Shown: positions 19,991 to 35,453, counted from the first letter of the stretch. The stretch: 64,000 nt of DNA from an uncultured Planctomycetaceae bacterium (GCA_963833985.1 CAWIAD010000001.1:2784001-2848000), one strand, 5' to 3'. A program made the numbers and translations. Notes: generated by a model from the sequence alone, not told the origin.

Positions 19991-20779
19991 TCACGCCAGC
20001 GAGGCGACTGCGCTCTTGAAGAGGCGCAGGCCATGGCCCTCAGTGGCCGAGGGACCATTGGTCTGGCGCGTCCACCGGGGATGATGGATGGCCAGGGCAA
20101 AACGTTCCGGGTGCGGCATGAGCCCGAAGATTCGACCCGTGCTGTCGCAAACCCCCGCGGCCGCCAGCACGGACCCGTTCGGGTTGGCCGGGTAGTCCAT
20201 GGTTGGCCTGTCGTCCGGGCCGGCGTACTGGAGCACGATCTGCCCGGCGTCGTCGAGGGCGCGTGTGGTCTCGGCCTGGGCTGTGAGGAACTTGCCTTCG
20301 CCGTGCGCGACGGGAAGTTCGATGGGCTCGGTGAACGTCACAAACGGCGATCGGCCGGGCCGGGGCAAGAGCCGGATCCACCGCGCCTCGAAGCGGCCCG
20401 AGTCGTTATGCGCCAGCGTCACGGCGCCGGAGAATGGCGGGCCCGGCAAGAGGCCGCAGCGGACGAGCACCTGCAAACCGTTGCAGATGCCGGCGATCAG
20501 GCCCCCGCGGTCGTGGAATCGCCGCAGGGCATCGCCCAGGAGGTGGCCGAGACGCGTGGCCAGGATGCGACCCGCGCCCAGGTCATCGCCATAGGAGAAG
20601 CCGCCGGGGATGGTGAGGATCTGAAAGCCGTCCAGGGCGCCGGGCGTCTCCAGCAAGCGGCCGACGTGCCAGGTCTCGGCCTGGGCGCCCGCGAGTTGCC
20701 AGGCGGCTGCCGTTTCCTCGTCGCAGTTGGTGCCGGGGGCACGCAGGACGATCACGCGGGGAACTGCGGTGGTGCTCAT
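19991..20779 (-). CDS. purQ: FGAM synthase glutaminase subunit
   Basis: PGTNCD, PGGFSYGD, GICNG.Q, AHGEG, NPNGS and GLMPHPER. Confidence 0.93.
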   Translation of the reverse strand: MSTTAVPRVIVLRAPGTNCDEETAAAWQLAGAQAETWHVGRLLETPGALDGFQILTIPGGFSYGDDLGAGRILATRLGHLLGDALRRFHDRGGLIAGICNGLQVLVRCGLLPGPPFSGAVTLAHNDSGRFEARWIRLLPRPGRSPFVTFTEPIELPVAHGEGKFLTAQAETTRALDDAGQIVLQYAGPDDRPTMDYPANPNGSVLAAAGVCDSTGRIFGLMPHPERFALAIHHPRWTRQTNGPSATEGHGLRLFKSAVASLA

Positions 20780-20887
20780 GGATCAACAAGGCCCCGGACA
20801 GATGAGACGGCTTCCAGGCAACGGGCAGGTGGCACGGGACGAACAGCAAGGGGAAACAGTGGGAGGTGGCCAGCTGAGCCGCACGCT

Positions 20888-21718
20888 TCAGTAACTGCTC
20901 TCGCCGGGGTTGTAGTTCGACTGGTAATCGGCTTCGGCCCGGTAGGCCAGGTTCCGCCTGAGCAACTCCGCCTCGTAGACCTGGACGACGAAATCGGCCG
21001 CGATCTTGAGCCGCGAGGACGCCCCCTTGGCGGGAAAGTCAGCCGGCGAGCCACGGCGAAACTCGGTCACGCCCACGTGCTTCGACCTCCCCTTGACGTA
21101 GTTGATGCCGGGAATGCCGTCGGCATCGCCAGAGATCAAGAGCGCGATGTCATAAGTGTCCTGCAATGCCACCATGTCGACGGCGAGGCTTGTGTCGAGC
21201 CCTTTCTCGTTCACCGTATGGTGCAGCAGATCCACCTTCCAGTGGCCTTCCTGGCGGATCTCGACGAAGTCGGTCGCCGACTGAACGCCGTGGTAAAACC
21301 GCTTCTTGCGTTCCAGGGCCCGGCGCTTGTTATCGTACCACTCGCGGGTCTCGCCGAAGCAGAGGTTCCAGGCTTCCTCGATGCGCCGGTCGGCCGGCAG
21401 ATCGGGCAGCCGGCGGCTGACATCCTCGATGTAGGCGTCACGCAGCCTGGGGTTCATCTCGAACCGGGCGCGGAGCCGCGCCTCGGCCTTGGGGTCGTTC
21501 AGGTCCCACTCGTCCATCTTGCCCACGACATACCAGTAGATTCGCGAGTGCTGCGCGGTCGGCCAGTCCGCGCCCTCGGCGAAGGTGCGGCCCCAGTAGT
21601 GGACGCTCTGCTCGAAGACGTGACGATAGAAGGCTCCATAATCGTCGACCCGCAGGTTCAGGTGCTTGAGCACGCCGTCCAGGTTCGAGCCATCCACGAA
21701 TGTAACGAATTTAACCAC
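20888..21718 (-). CDS. NYN-domain (LabA/DUF88) PIN-like protein
   Basis: FVDGSN, EKGLDTSLAVDM and LISGDAD motifs. Confidence 0.85.
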   Translation of the reverse strand: MVKFVTFVDGSNLDGVLKHLNLRVDDYGAFYRHVFEQSVHYWGRTFAEGADWPTAQHSRIYWYVVGKMDEWDLNDPKAEARLRARFEMNPRLRDAYIEDVSRRLPDLPADRRIEEAWNLCFGETREWYDNKRRALERKKRFYHGVQSATDFVEIRQEGHWKVDLLHHTVNEKGLDTSLAVDMVALQDTYDIALLISGDADGIPGINYVKGRSKHVGVTEFRRGSPADFPAKGASSRLKIAADFVVQVYEAELLRRNLAYRAEADYQSNYNPGESSY

Positions 21719-21810
21719 GGCAATTATCCTTTAATTGAACTACAGCCTCATAGACTAGTCTCAAGCAAATCCGGCGCGACATCGGCTTCCACCCGGCGCC
21801 GGCGGCCGTC

Positions 21811-24689
21811 TCACCATTTCAGCGGTTGCTGCCAGACCTGCTTCAGGTCGTCAACGCGCGCATCGATGGCGACGGACCTCTCCAGGCCGGCAACCAGCAG
21901 CCGGGGAGCCGCGCCCGCAGTGGTCGCGGCGACCTCGCCCAGCCGGCCCCATGGCAGCGACCCGAGCAGGTCGGAGAGGGCGGCGTGGTGCTCGGGAGCG
22001 ACCTCGAGCAGGAACCGGGAAGGCGATTCGGAGAACAGCAGGACGGGGTCGCTCGCGGCGTCTGGCTCGCAGGGCACGTCCCGCAGCGAGACCGCCGCGC
22101 CCCAGCCCCCGGCGATGGCCATCTCCGCCAGGGCGACCGCCAGACCGCCCTCGCTCAGGTCATGGCAGCTACGGACCAGGCCGCGGTTGATCGCCAGGTG
22201 AACGGCCCGGAAGACCGCCTGGCCAAGATCGGGATCGACGCCCGGCACGTCGCCCCCCTGACGGTCGTGAACGGCCGCCCAGAGGGACCCGCCCAGCTCG
22301 TTGCGGGTGATGCCGACGAGGACCACGAGGTTGCCGGGTTCCTTGAAGTCCATGGTGACGCAGGCGCGGACGTCGGGCACGTGGCCGATTGCACTGATGA
22401 GCAGGGTGGGGGGGATCGCCAGGCTCTTGCCATCGTGGGTGTATTCGTTGTTCAGGCTATCCTTGCCCGAGATGAACGGGGTCTTGTAGGCAAGGGCCAA
22501 GTCATGGCAGGCCTGGGCGGCCAGCACCAGTGAGCCCAGGGTCTCTGGCCGCTCGGTGTTGCCCCAGCAGAAGTTGTCCAGCAGCGCAATGCGCCGGGGA
22601 TGCGCCCGACGGCCACGCAGTTGCGGATCGCCTCGTCGATGACGCAGGCCGCCATGGCGAACGGGTCGATCAGGCCATAGCGTGCATTGATGCCGCAGGC
22701 AACCGCCAGGCCCCGGTACGAGCCGCGCACCGGCAGAATCACGGCCGCATCGCCGGGTCCGTCGTCCGCCACGCCGACCAGGGGCTTGATGACCGTCCGG
22801 CCCTGCACCTCGTGATCGTACTGGCGAACGATCCACTCCTTGCTACAGACGTCCCAGTGCCCCAGCAGGGCCCGGAGATCGGCCGTGAAATCGCCGGCCC
22901 CGGGAAGTTCCAGATCTGTTCGCGGCAGTGGCGTGAACCGCGCCTGCCGGACGACAGGCGGCTGGCCCTCATGCAGGAAGTCCATGGCCAGGTCGGCCAC
23001 CACCTGGCCGTGGTAGCGTAAGACGAGCTTGCCGCCGGGGACGAACTCGCCCAGATCGGTGGCCTCGACCCCCTCGGCCGCGCACAGTGCCGCGAGCTCG
23101 GGCCAGGAGTCCGGCGGCACGGCCAGTACCATGCGTTCCTGAGCCTCGGAGATCCAGATCTCGGTGTACGAGAGCCCCTGGTACTTGAGCGGGGCGCGGT
23201 CCAGGTCCACCACCGCGCCCAGCTCGGCCCCCATCTCGCCGACGGCCGAGCTGAACCCGCCGGCACCGCAGTCGGTGATCGCGTGCAGCAGCCCCCGGTC
23301 GCGCGCCTGGAGCACCACATCGGCCACCATCTTCTCGGTGATGGCATTGCCAATCTGCACCGCGCCGCCGGAGACCGTCTCGCTCTGGCTGGTGAGCTCG
23401 GCGGAGCTGAACGTGGCGCCGTGGATCCCGTCCCGGCCGGTCCGGCCGCCCACGGCGATGATCCGGTCGCCCGGCTCCACTTTCTTGAACGCCTTGCCGC
23501 GCGGCAGCACGCCGACCGTGCCGCAGAAGACCAGCGGATTGGCCAGGTAGCCCGGGTGCACCGCCAGCGCCCCGTTGACCGTGGGAATGCCCATCCGGTT
23601 GCCGTAATCACGCACGCCGGCCACAACGCCCCTGAGGACTCGCCGGGGATGGAGCACGCCGGCGGGCAGCGAGTCGACAGGCCAATCAGGCGGGGCCACG
23701 CAGAACACGTCGGTATTGCAGACCGGCCTGGAGCCCAGGCCCGTCCCCAGCGCGTCGCGGATCACGCCGCCGATTCCGGTGTTCGAGCCGCCGTACGGGT
23801 CGATCGCCGAGGGGTGATTGTGCGTCTCAACCTTGAAGCAGACATCGTGATCCTCGTCGAACCGGATCACTCCGGCGTTGTCGCTGAAGACGCTGACCAA
23901 CCAGTCCAGGTTCAGCTCCCGGGTCGCGGCGAAGATTGTCTGCTTGAGCAGGTTGTCGATCGTCCGCCCCTCGAACTCGATCTTGCCCTTCAAGGTCTTG
24001 TGTGAGCAATGCTCGCTCCAGGTCTGTGCCAGGGTCTCCAGCTCGCAATCCGTCGGTTCGCGGCCGATCGCGCGGAAGTGCCGCTGGATGGCCTGCATCT
24101 CGGCCAGACTGAGCGAAAGCTGGCCCGAGCGGCTCAACTTCGCCAGCGCAGCATCGTCCATGTTCCTCAGTGGCACGGTGAACAGCTCAAAATCGTAATG
24201 CCGGCCCTGCCCCAGGTGGTCGAATGGCAGGGGGACGGTGATCGCCTGCTCGACGGCGTCGTTGGCCAGCACGCGCTGGATCAGCCGCGGCAGGTGCTCC
24301 ACGGGGCCATCCACGCGATAGGTGCGGATCGTTCTCACGTCGGTCACGGCGAAGCCCAGCTCACGCAGCAGCGCGCAGGCACTCTCGGCCTCGGGGTCGG
24401 TCACTCCCGGCCTGGGAAGCACGTGGACGACCGACCTGCCGGGGTTCATGGTCTGCGCCGGCGCGGGGACGGTGTGGGCCTCGAACTGCTCCACGACCGG
24501 GTCGACCAGCACCTGCCGGGCCGCCCGCACGACGTCCTCGCGTTCCAGGGCCCCCTCGATCAGAAAGCCGCGGCCGGCCCGGATCGACCAGGGACCCGGA
24601 ACGGCGGACTCGACCGCCTCTTGCACCAGGCTCTTGCCGGCCAGGTCGGGACAATCCTCGGCAGGCTGAATCTCAATGTGCCAGAGCAT
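21811..24689 (-). CDS. purL: FGAM synthase PurL with N-terminal PurS-like region (frameshift near 22606)
   Basis: [40 protein letters not shown] and SEAQERM; second frame carries [16 protein letters not shown] and HDLSEGG. Confidence 0.93.
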
Positions 24690-24771
24690 GCTTCATCATC
24701 ACACAAAGAAGAGCAATGGGTGGTGTTCCAAGTTTGACCATGGAAGATCTGCTTCGACGGTGCCTGCCCAA

Positions 24772-25643
24772 TCACGAGTCCTGGATCGCTGAAGTCTGGC
24801 TGGAGCCGTACTGGCCGCGGCGCAGGCGCGCCTGCTCCCACCATGAGGCGATGGCCTCCTCGTCGTCCGTCATGAGAGCGTACTTGAACGCGGCCAGCCG
24901 CTCCTCGAGAGAATCGAGGGCCTTCAGCAGTGGGCCGCGATTATCGCGAAATACCGCCGTCCAGAGACCGGTGTCCGCGGCCGCGACACGCGTGCCGTCG
25001 CGGTAGGCGCCGGCCGCCAGCGTGAGCCATTCGGCAGGCACCGAGGCCGCCAGTGCCCCGGCAAGGGCATGCGGCAGATGGCTCGTGTAAGCCAGCACTT
25101 CATCGTGCTCGGCAGGCGTCATCTCGACCAGCCGGCAGCCAAGCCTGCCCCAGAAATCGCGGGCTTGCTGGAGCGCGGATGCCGGCGTCCGCGGGGTGGG
25201 CGTGAGCACGCAGGCGCGGTCCCGGAAGAGCGCCCCGGTGGCATGGGCCACGCCCGCCCGCTCGGAGCCCGCGATCGGATGCGCACCGACGAAGACCTCG
25301 GCGAGCGACGAGCTTGCTTCGACGGACTCGACGATCAGCCGCTTGGTGCTCCCCGCGTCGGTCACGAGGGCGCCGCGGGCGCGGCCCCGGCCGCGCGCCG
25401 GACGTCGCTCGGGATCCGGCTCACAGGAGTGCACACGACCACGACATCGGCATCGGCCACTCCGTCTTCGAGATCGACCGTGCCACGATCGATGGCACCT
25501 TGATTCAGGGCCTCCTGAAGTTTCGCGGGATCACGCCCGACTCCAACCACGCGCGCGGCCAGATGTGCCGATCGCAGCGCCAGCCCGATGGAGCCGCCGA
25601 TCATCCCCACCCCCACGATCGCCACCGTTTCCAGCGCCCTCAA
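24772..25643 (-). CDS. tyrA: Prephenate/arogenate dehydrogenase (frameshift near 25375)
   Basis: GVGMIGGS Rossmann motif; TDAGSTK, GAHPIAGSE, HDEVLAYTSHLPH and RDGTRVA. Confidence 0.88.
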
Positions 25644-25810
25644 GACGACCCCTCACGACCCTGGCCCTGGCCCTCTGGAAGGACCGAACATTCATCGAAC
25701 GTTTATTTTACAGACGGATCATCGCTGCGACGAGACGGTTGCTGTTGATTCTGCCTGGTGTTCAGGGCCATCCAGAAGCCGGGACGGCCAGCGGGTGGCG
25801 CCCGCAGGCC

Positions 25811-25913
25811 AAATAGATCCTCGCCTCTTGGAATGTGGGCCAGCCGCCCTCGGCTGGCTGAGGACGGCCGAGGGCGGCCGTTCCACACTTTCCCTCTTAC
25901 GGGGAGCTATTTA
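25811..25913. repeat. ~103-bp MITE/REPIN-like palindromic element, copy 1
   Basis: Inverted near-identical copy at 46380-46483 (2 internal mismatches); internal hairpin GCCGCCCTCGGC...GCCGAGGGCGGC; AAATA...TATTT ends. Confidence 0.85.
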
Positions 25914-27281
25914 GAGACTCTCGGCGGGTTTCTCCAGCGTCGCGGTACTGCCTCCGCTGAGAAAATCGCGCAGCGCTTGCCACATCTTCCCGGCGGACTT
26001 CCAGCGGTGGTGCGGCTTTTTCCGCATTGCCTTCAGCAGGATGCGCTCCAGTGCCTCGGGGGCATCGGGCCGGTAGGCGCGGAGGGGAACGGGCGGGTGG
26101 TCGAGGATCATCTCGTACGAATCGGGGCGGGAAGGATCGAAACCGAGGTACGGGAATTTCTGGGTCAGAAGGTAGAACAGCGTCGCCCCCGCGCAGTAGA
26201 TATCGGCCGGTTCCCGGAGCTCGCCGAACTGGCGGATGTGCTCGGGCGAGAGGAAGCCGGCCGAGCCGCCGACGTCTCCCTGGCGGGTGAGGTTCGAGAA
26301 GACCGTACTGCCGGCCATGCTCTTGGCCAGTCCAAAATCCGAGAGCTTCACCTTCGGTCGGTGCACCGGCCCGATCACCAGCAGATTGGATGGTTTGATG
26401 TCCCGGTGGACATATCCCTTCGAGTGCGCAAAATGCAGGGCCGAAAGCAGGTCCTGGCCGATCAGAGCCGCCGTGGCGATCGGCAGCGGCTGCTTGAGCG
26501 CGCGAAGCCAGCCCAGGGCGTTCATGCCGTCGACATATTCCATGACGAGCTGGAAGTGGCCGTCGATCTGGAAGATCTCGTAAAACTCCACGATGCTCGG
26601 GTGGCACTTGCCGCCCGGCATGAGCATGTCCCGCAGGGCGCAGATTTCCCGCTGGAAGTAGTTCTTGGCTTTCACGCCGGCCGTGCTGTTGGCGGTCATC
26701 ATCTTGATGGCCACCCTGCGGTTGCGCGAGATCTGCCGCGCCCGGTAGACCGTGCCCATGCCTCCCTCGCCGATGACCTCCTCGATCAGGTAGTCGGCAT
26801 TCGTTTCCGGGAAGAGCCGTCTCCTGGCCTCGCACGCGGAGCAGAGTGGCATGGACTGCGCTGGGCGCGATAGGGCGATCACGGTTCCAGGCTCAGCGTG
26901 TTCACCGGCCAAGGGCTGCGCGCCCTGGTCGAGCCGGGCTCCACAGCCGGCACACTGGTCGTGTACCGGTGCATCGCCTTCCAGGCCCGCGAAGTGAACG
27001 GCAAACTCGCTGTCGCCGGCAGCGATGAGGTCGGCTTCCCGGAGCAGAACCCGCTGGACCCTCAGCCCGTTGACCTTGGTTCCGTTCGTGCTTCCCAGGT
27101 CAACCAGGCGACAGAGCGGGGGACTGTGCTCGATCTGGAAGTGCTCCCGCGACAGGGCGAGGTCGGCCGCCATCGAAAACGCCGCCCTGGAAGCTCGCCC
27201 GACGACAAAGCTGCCGCTCCGATCGATCCGATATTCGTGGCCCTCGTACGGACCCGAGATGACACGAAGGACGATATCCAT
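25911..27281 (-). CDS. FHA domain plus Ser/Thr protein kinase
   Basis: FHA motifs GR, SREH and DLGSTNGT; two CxxC pairs in the linker; kinase motifs GEGGMG, VAIK, HRDIKPSN, DFG and SPE. Confidence 0.92.
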   Translation of the reverse strand: MDIVLRVISGPYEGHEYRIDRSGSFVVGRASRAAFSMAADLALSREHFQIEHSPPLCRLVDLGSTNGTKVNGLRVQRVLLREADLIAAGDSEFAVHFAGLEGDAPVHDQCAGCGARLDQGAQPLAGEHAEPGTVIALSRPAQSMPLCSACEARRRLFPETNADYLIEEVIGEGGMGTVYRARQISRNRRVAIKMMTANSTAGVKAKNYFQREICALRDMLMPGGKCHPSIVEFYEIFQIDGHFQLVMEYVDGMNALGWLRALKQPLPIATAALIGQDLLSALHFAHSKGYVHRDIKPSNLLVIGPVHRPKVKLSDFGLAKSMAGSTVFSNLTRQGDVGGSAGFLSPEHIRQFGELREPADIYCAGATLFYLLTQKFPYLGFDPSRPDSYEMILDHPPVPLRAYRPDAPEALERILLKAMRKKPHHRWKSAGKMWQALRDFLSGGSTATLEKPAESL

Positions 27282-27471
27282 CCTCCCCTTCCCCCCGGCG
27301 GAACTCGAAAGCTCAGTCTATCTTAAGGAGTCCTTCCATGAATGAAACCCTTTCCTTCATGAATCGTACCTGTGCCAGTCCGGCGGCTGCGCCGGCAGAC
27401 GCGGAAACGGCGGATCGCGCGCACCTGGCGAGACGACCCGATGCGCGGTGCCGCGGCGGAAAAAGCCGCGT

Positions 27472-29155
27472 TCAGGCGACCGGTTGCCGCTCGGCCAGCT
27501 CGCGAATTCGCCGTAAATCGACCTTGCCCGTCCCCGTGATGGGGATTTCGGGCACGGAAATGAAGTCGCGCGTCGAGGGGATCCAGAGCCGGGGAATACC
27601 GCTGGCGACGAGTGCCCGGTGGACGTCCTCCACCGGCAGTCCCAGCTCCGTGTACAGCACGCACAGCCTCTCGCCGTGCTTGGGATCGGCCACGGCCGTG
27701 ACGGCGAGCTGATGCTCCTGGGCCCGCGAAACCTGCATGATGGCTGCCTCCACCCCCAGGTGGGGAACCATCTCGCCGGCGATCTTGGAAAAGCGGCTCA
27801 GCCGGTCGGTGATCTTCAGGAAACCATCGGCGTCGACGAAGCCGAGGTCGCCGGTCGTGTACCAGCCGTCCTTGAGGACCTTGGCGGTCGCCTCGGGCCT
27901 GTCCAGATAGCCGACCATCACCTGGGGCCCCTTGACGGCCACGACTCCCTCGGACCCCAGCGGCAGATCCGCGCCGGTCTCGGGATCCAGCGTCTTGATC
28001 AGCGTGCCGGGTAGGGGAAGACCCACCGTGCCCGGCCGGTTGCCGTGAACCGTCCGCCCGTCCATCAGCGTGATGGACCGCGGCACGTTCACAGCGACGA
28101 CCGGTGAGAGCTCGGTCGTGCCGTAACCCTCCATGGGCTCGATGCCCAGCCACCGGTTGATGTCGCGATAGAGTTCGGGCTTGAGCTTCTCCGCACCCAG
28201 TACCAGGTACCTCAGCGCCGCGAACTGCTCCGCCGGACAGCTCTTGAGGTAGAACCTCGTGAACGAGGGCGTGCCCGCGATCAGCGTGACCTGGTGCTCC
28301 TGGCAGAGCTTGCCGATGGTCCGTGCGTCGAGCGGGTTGAAATGGTAGACCACCTTCTTGCCCAGCGCCAGCGCCGTCCAGATCGTCACGCAGAAACCGA
28401 AGGAATGGAAGAAGGGGAGGATCCCCAGCAGCACGTCGTCGGGTACCAGATGGAGCTGCTCCTGGATCTGGAGCACGTTGCAGAGGATATTGCGGTGCGA
28501 CAGCACCACGCCCTTGGGCTGGCCCGTCGAGCCCGAGGTGAAGATCACCGTGGCGATCGAGTCCAGGTTCAACCTTGCCAGCCCGGGCAAGAGCCGCTCG
28601 AGCAGGCCCAGGCGCAGCAGGCGCGCCTGGATGAGCCCCGCAAGCTTATCGGAGCGGCGGATCTGGCGAGCGACGTCTTCCAGCAGGATCAGGTGCGCGT
28701 CCGGCGTCACCGAGAACCGCTCCAGGACCCTGGGTGACGTGATGACATGGCGAATGCCGCACTGCCGGATGGATGAGTCGATACACTCCTGTCCGGCGGT
28801 ATAGTTGAGATTGACCGGAATCTTGTCGTGCAGCACAAGAGCCAGGTTCGCCACCGCGGCGGGCACCGTTGGCGGCAGCAGGACGCCGACGTAGCGGTCC
28901 GGGCCGATTGTCCGCATCAGGTGCCGCCCCAGCACGATGGCCCGGAGCAGCGTCTCGCCGTAGGTCAGACGCGTTCCCGTACTGTCGCACAGGGCCACGC
29001 TCCGCGGCTCCTTGCGAACCTGGTCAAGCAGCGCGCTGCGCCAGTGATCGCCACGGGCCCGGTAGTGGAGGAAGCGGCCGGAAACCCGGCTGTGCAGGCA
29101 CGCTCGATGCAGGTTCCGACGGCCGGCCGGTGCCGGTATGCACGCTCAGGCTCAT
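27472..29155 (-). CDS. AMP-binding acyl-ACP synthetase-like (Aas-type) ligase; probable frameshift near 29037
   Basis: FTSGSTGQPKG, EGYGTTE, WYTTGD, DRLSRFSKIAGEMV and TGKVD; a likely N-terminus with GGGAG RBS lies in another frame. Confidence 0.8.
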
Positions 29156-29550
29156 CTCGAGACAACTCCCGTCGCGAAACGCAAACCTAACGGTCCGTAG
29201 GAATTCGGGCTGTCGCTGGGTGTGTGTCCAATCTAAGCGAAGCGGCTCGCAAGAGCAATCTCGGTATCGAATGCGGTGGGCCCGGCTTTCCTGATACGGG
29301 CGAATCGGCCGCTCCCGGGCAGACTCCCCGCGAAGAGCTGGCGGACGGCAACCTTCGGATTTTGCTTCCGCATGCGGAAGCCGATCGTGTACAACAGATT
29401 CAATCACCCCGAAAAGCCGGGCCCGAACCTGACGGCCTGTCGAGACGGCAGCCAGGCCCCGGTTTGCAGCAAGTGGCCGCATGCCGGTGTTTCCATGCCT
29501 TGAACGACTCATCTGAAACCATCCCCGAGATCGGCCCGCGCGAGGGACTC

Positions 29551-32764
<3,214 letters not shown>

Positions 32765-32782
32765 GCCAAGAGGCCCGGATTC

Positions 32783-34237
32783 ATGAACTGCCAGGACCAT
32801 CTCTACCGCCCATCGAACCCGCAAAGGACGTCGCGCCGCTGGTTCCTCGAGCAATGCGGCGTCGGTCTGGGCACGATGGCGCTCGGGCACCTGCTGGGCG
32901 AGGCCGGGTACGGTACAGCCAATGCCGCGCCGAGCACCCCCGCCGGGACCAATCCGCTGGCCCCCCGGTTGCCGCACCACGCGGCCAGGGCCAAGCGCGT
33001 GATCTTCCTGTTCATGGCTGGCGGTCCCAGCCACCTGGAGCTGTTCGACAACAAGCCCCAGCTTTCAAAGTTTGACGGCAAGCTGCCGCCGGCCGAGCTG
33101 CTCAAGGGCTATCGCTCGGCGTTCATCAATCCCGACGCGAAGCTGCTGGGCCCGAAGTTCAGGTTCGCCCGGCACGGCCAGGCGGGCACCGAGCTCTCGG
33201 AGCTGCTGCCCCGCCTGGCCGGTGTGGTCGACGACCTGGCCGTCGTCAAGAGCGTCTCGACCGACGCATTCAACCACGCGCCGGGGCAGATCATGATGTC
33301 GACCGGTTCCATGATCTTCGGCCGGCCGAGCATGGGAGCCTGGGTCTGCTACGGTCTGGGAAGCGAGTCGCAGGACCTGCCCGGCTTCGTGGTCTTCAGC
33401 ACGGGCAAGAAGGGGCCGAGCGGAGGCAACTCGAACTGGGGAAGCGGCTTTCTGCCCACGGTCTATCAAGGTGTTCAATTCCGCACCGGCGGCGACCCCG
33501 TGCTTTACCTGTCCAACCCGCGCGGCATCACCCCGGAGATCCAGCGCGATTCCCTGGAAGCGATTCACCAGCTTGACCAGCTCCGGCTCGAGCGGACCGG
33601 CGACCCGGAAATCGCCACGCGGATCAACTCGTACGAGATGGCCTTCCGCATGCAGATGACTGCCCCCAACGTCGTGGACCTGAGCAGCGAGCCGCAACAC
33701 ATCCTCGACCTCTACGGCGCCGAGCCCGGCAAGTCGTCGTTCGCGAACACCTGCCTGCTGGCCCGGCGCCTGCTGGAGCGCGGCGTCCGGTTCGTCGAGA
33801 TCTTCCACGAAGCCTGGGACCAGCACGGCAACCTTGTCGGCGACCTGAAGCACAACTGCGCCGATACGGACCGGGCCAGTGCCGCGCTCGTGGCGGACCT
33901 CAAGCAGCGCGGGATGCTCGACGACACGCTGGTGATCTGGGGCGGCGAGTTCGGCCGTACGCCCATGGTGCAGGGCGGTGCCGACGGCCGCGACCACCAC
34001 CCCGCCGCCTTCACGATGTGGCTGGCCGGCGGGGGTGTGAAACCGGGCATCTCCTATGGCGAAAGCGACGATCTCGGCTTCAGCGTGGCGAAGGACAAGG
34101 TCCACGTGCACGACCTGCATGCCACGCTCTTGCACCTCCTGGGCTTTGACCATACCAGGCTCACCTACCGCTTCCAGGGCCGGGACTTCCGCCTGACCGA
34201 CGTCCAGGGCCAGCTCGTCAAGGGATTACTGGCGTGA
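32783..34237 (+). CDS. DUF1501 family protein (Tat-like signal)
   Basis: SRRWFL; FLFMAGGPSHLELFD, CLLARRL.ERGVRF, WDQH, GEFGRTP and GRDHH; usual partner of DUF1549/1553. Confidence 0.92.
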   Translation: MNCQDHLYRPSNPQRTSRRWFLEQCGVGLGTMALGHLLGEAGYGTANAAPSTPAGTNPLAPRLPHHAARAKRVIFLFMAGGPSHLELFDNKPQLSKFDGKLPPAELLKGYRSAFINPDAKLLGPKFRFARHGQAGTELSELLPRLAGVVDDLAVVKSVSTDAFNHAPGQIMMSTGSMIFGRPSMGAWVCYGLGSESQDLPGFVVFSTGKKGPSGGNSNWGSGFLPTVYQGVQFRTGGDPVLYLSNPRGITPEIQRDSLEAIHQLDQLRLERTGDPEIATRINSYEMAFRMQMTAPNVVDLSSEPQHILDLYGAEPGKSSFANTCLLARRLLERGVRFVEIFHEAWDQHGNLVGDLKHNCADTDRASAALVADLKQRGMLDDTLVIWGGEFGRTPMVQGGADGRDHHPAAFTMWLAGGGVKPGISYGESDDLGFSVAKDKVHVHDLHATLLHLLGFDHTRLTYRFQGRDFRLTDVQGQLVKGLLA

Positions 34238-34454
34238 GCGGATTTCCCCTTCCGGGTCCGCAGCGCCCGGGCGCGGCACGGGTGCTTTCCTTTCAACCGG
34301 CCGAACCTTGCGCCGCCTGTCTGCTCAGGGCCATCTCGCCCAGCTTGCGGAATGACCGGGTCCTGTCTTGAACCCCGGTTATCTCTTATAATGCGGTCAT
34401 CGCCCGACCGAGGTCCCACCTGTAGCAAGACTTGACGAGAAAACGCTCCGATTG

Positions 34455-35453
34455 ATGAAAAGAATCGCCATCCTGGGTGCCGGTGGCATGGGCACGGCGC
34501 TGGCACTCCTGTTCCTCAAGAGCGGTGCGCAGGTCCACCTCTGGTGCCGCTCCGAGGAGCATGCCCGCGAGCTCGCCCTGGGGCGCGTCAATTCCAGGCA
34601 CCTGCCGGGCATTTACATCCCCGAGGACATCCTGATCACGGCCTGCGCCGCGGAGGCCATGGCTGGTGCCAGCCTGATCGTGGCAGCCGTGCCAAGTGCG
34701 TTCCTGCGCCACGCCATGACCTCCCTGGGCGCCCAGGCCGCGCCGGGCGTGCCGTTCCTCAGCGTGGTCAAGGGCCTGGAGTACGGCACCTTCCTCAGGC
34801 CCAGCCAGATCCTCGTCGAGGTGTTCGGCACGCGGCCGGCGGCGGTGCTCAGCGGACCCAGCCACGCGGAAGAGATTGCCAGAGGGCTGCCGGCGTCCGT
34901 GGTCGTCGCCGGGTCGTCGATGCTGCTCAACGAGACCGTGCAGGAGACCCTGAGCCACGAAGCGTTTCGGGTGTACACCAACCGCGATGCGGTGGGCGTG
35001 GAGCTTGCCGGCGCGCTCAAGAATATCCTGGGGATCGCGGCGGGTATCTGTGACGGCCTGGGCTTCGGCGACAACGCCAAGGCTGCGCTTTTGACCCGCG
35101 GGCTCGTGGAGATTTGCCGGTTCGGCACGGCTCTCGGCGGTGCGCAATCCACGTTTTTCGGCCTGGCCGGAATGGGCGACCTGATTACAACCTGCTACAG
35201 CCCCTTCGGCCGGAACCGGTCGGTCGGCGAGCGGATCGGCCGCGGGGAAACCCTGGATTCGATCGTCTCCGGCATGGTCAACATCGCCGAGGGCGTGCCC
35301 ACCACCCGCAGCGTGCACGCCCTGGCAGTCCAGCGCGGCATCGAGATGCCGATCACCGCCGAGCTCAACCAGGTTCTGTTCGAGGGAAAGGATCCGCGGT
35401 CCGCCGTCTCGGACCTGATGGTCCGCTTGCCCAGGATCGAGTGGGACTCATGA
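34455..35453 (+). CDS. gpsA: NAD(P)H-dependent glycerol-3-phosphate dehydrogenase
   Basis: GAGGMGTALA, KGLE, SGPSHAEE, GALKN, GDNAKA, GDLITTC, GRNR and AEG. Confidence 0.93.
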   Translation: MKRIAILGAGGMGTALALLFLKSGAQVHLWCRSEEHARELALGRVNSRHLPGIYIPEDILITACAAEAMAGASLIVAAVPSAFLRHAMTSLGAQAAPGVPFLSVVKGLEYGTFLRPSQILVEVFGTRPAAVLSGPSHAEEIARGLPASVVVAGSSMLLNETVQETLSHEAFRVYTNRDAVGVELAGALKNILGIAAGICDGLGFGDNAKAALLTRGLVEICRFGTALGGAQSTFFGLAGMGDLITTCYSPFGRNRSVGERIGRGETLDSIVSGMVNIAEGVPTTRSVHALAVQRGIEMPITAELNQVLFEGKDPRSAVSDLMVRLPRIEWDS

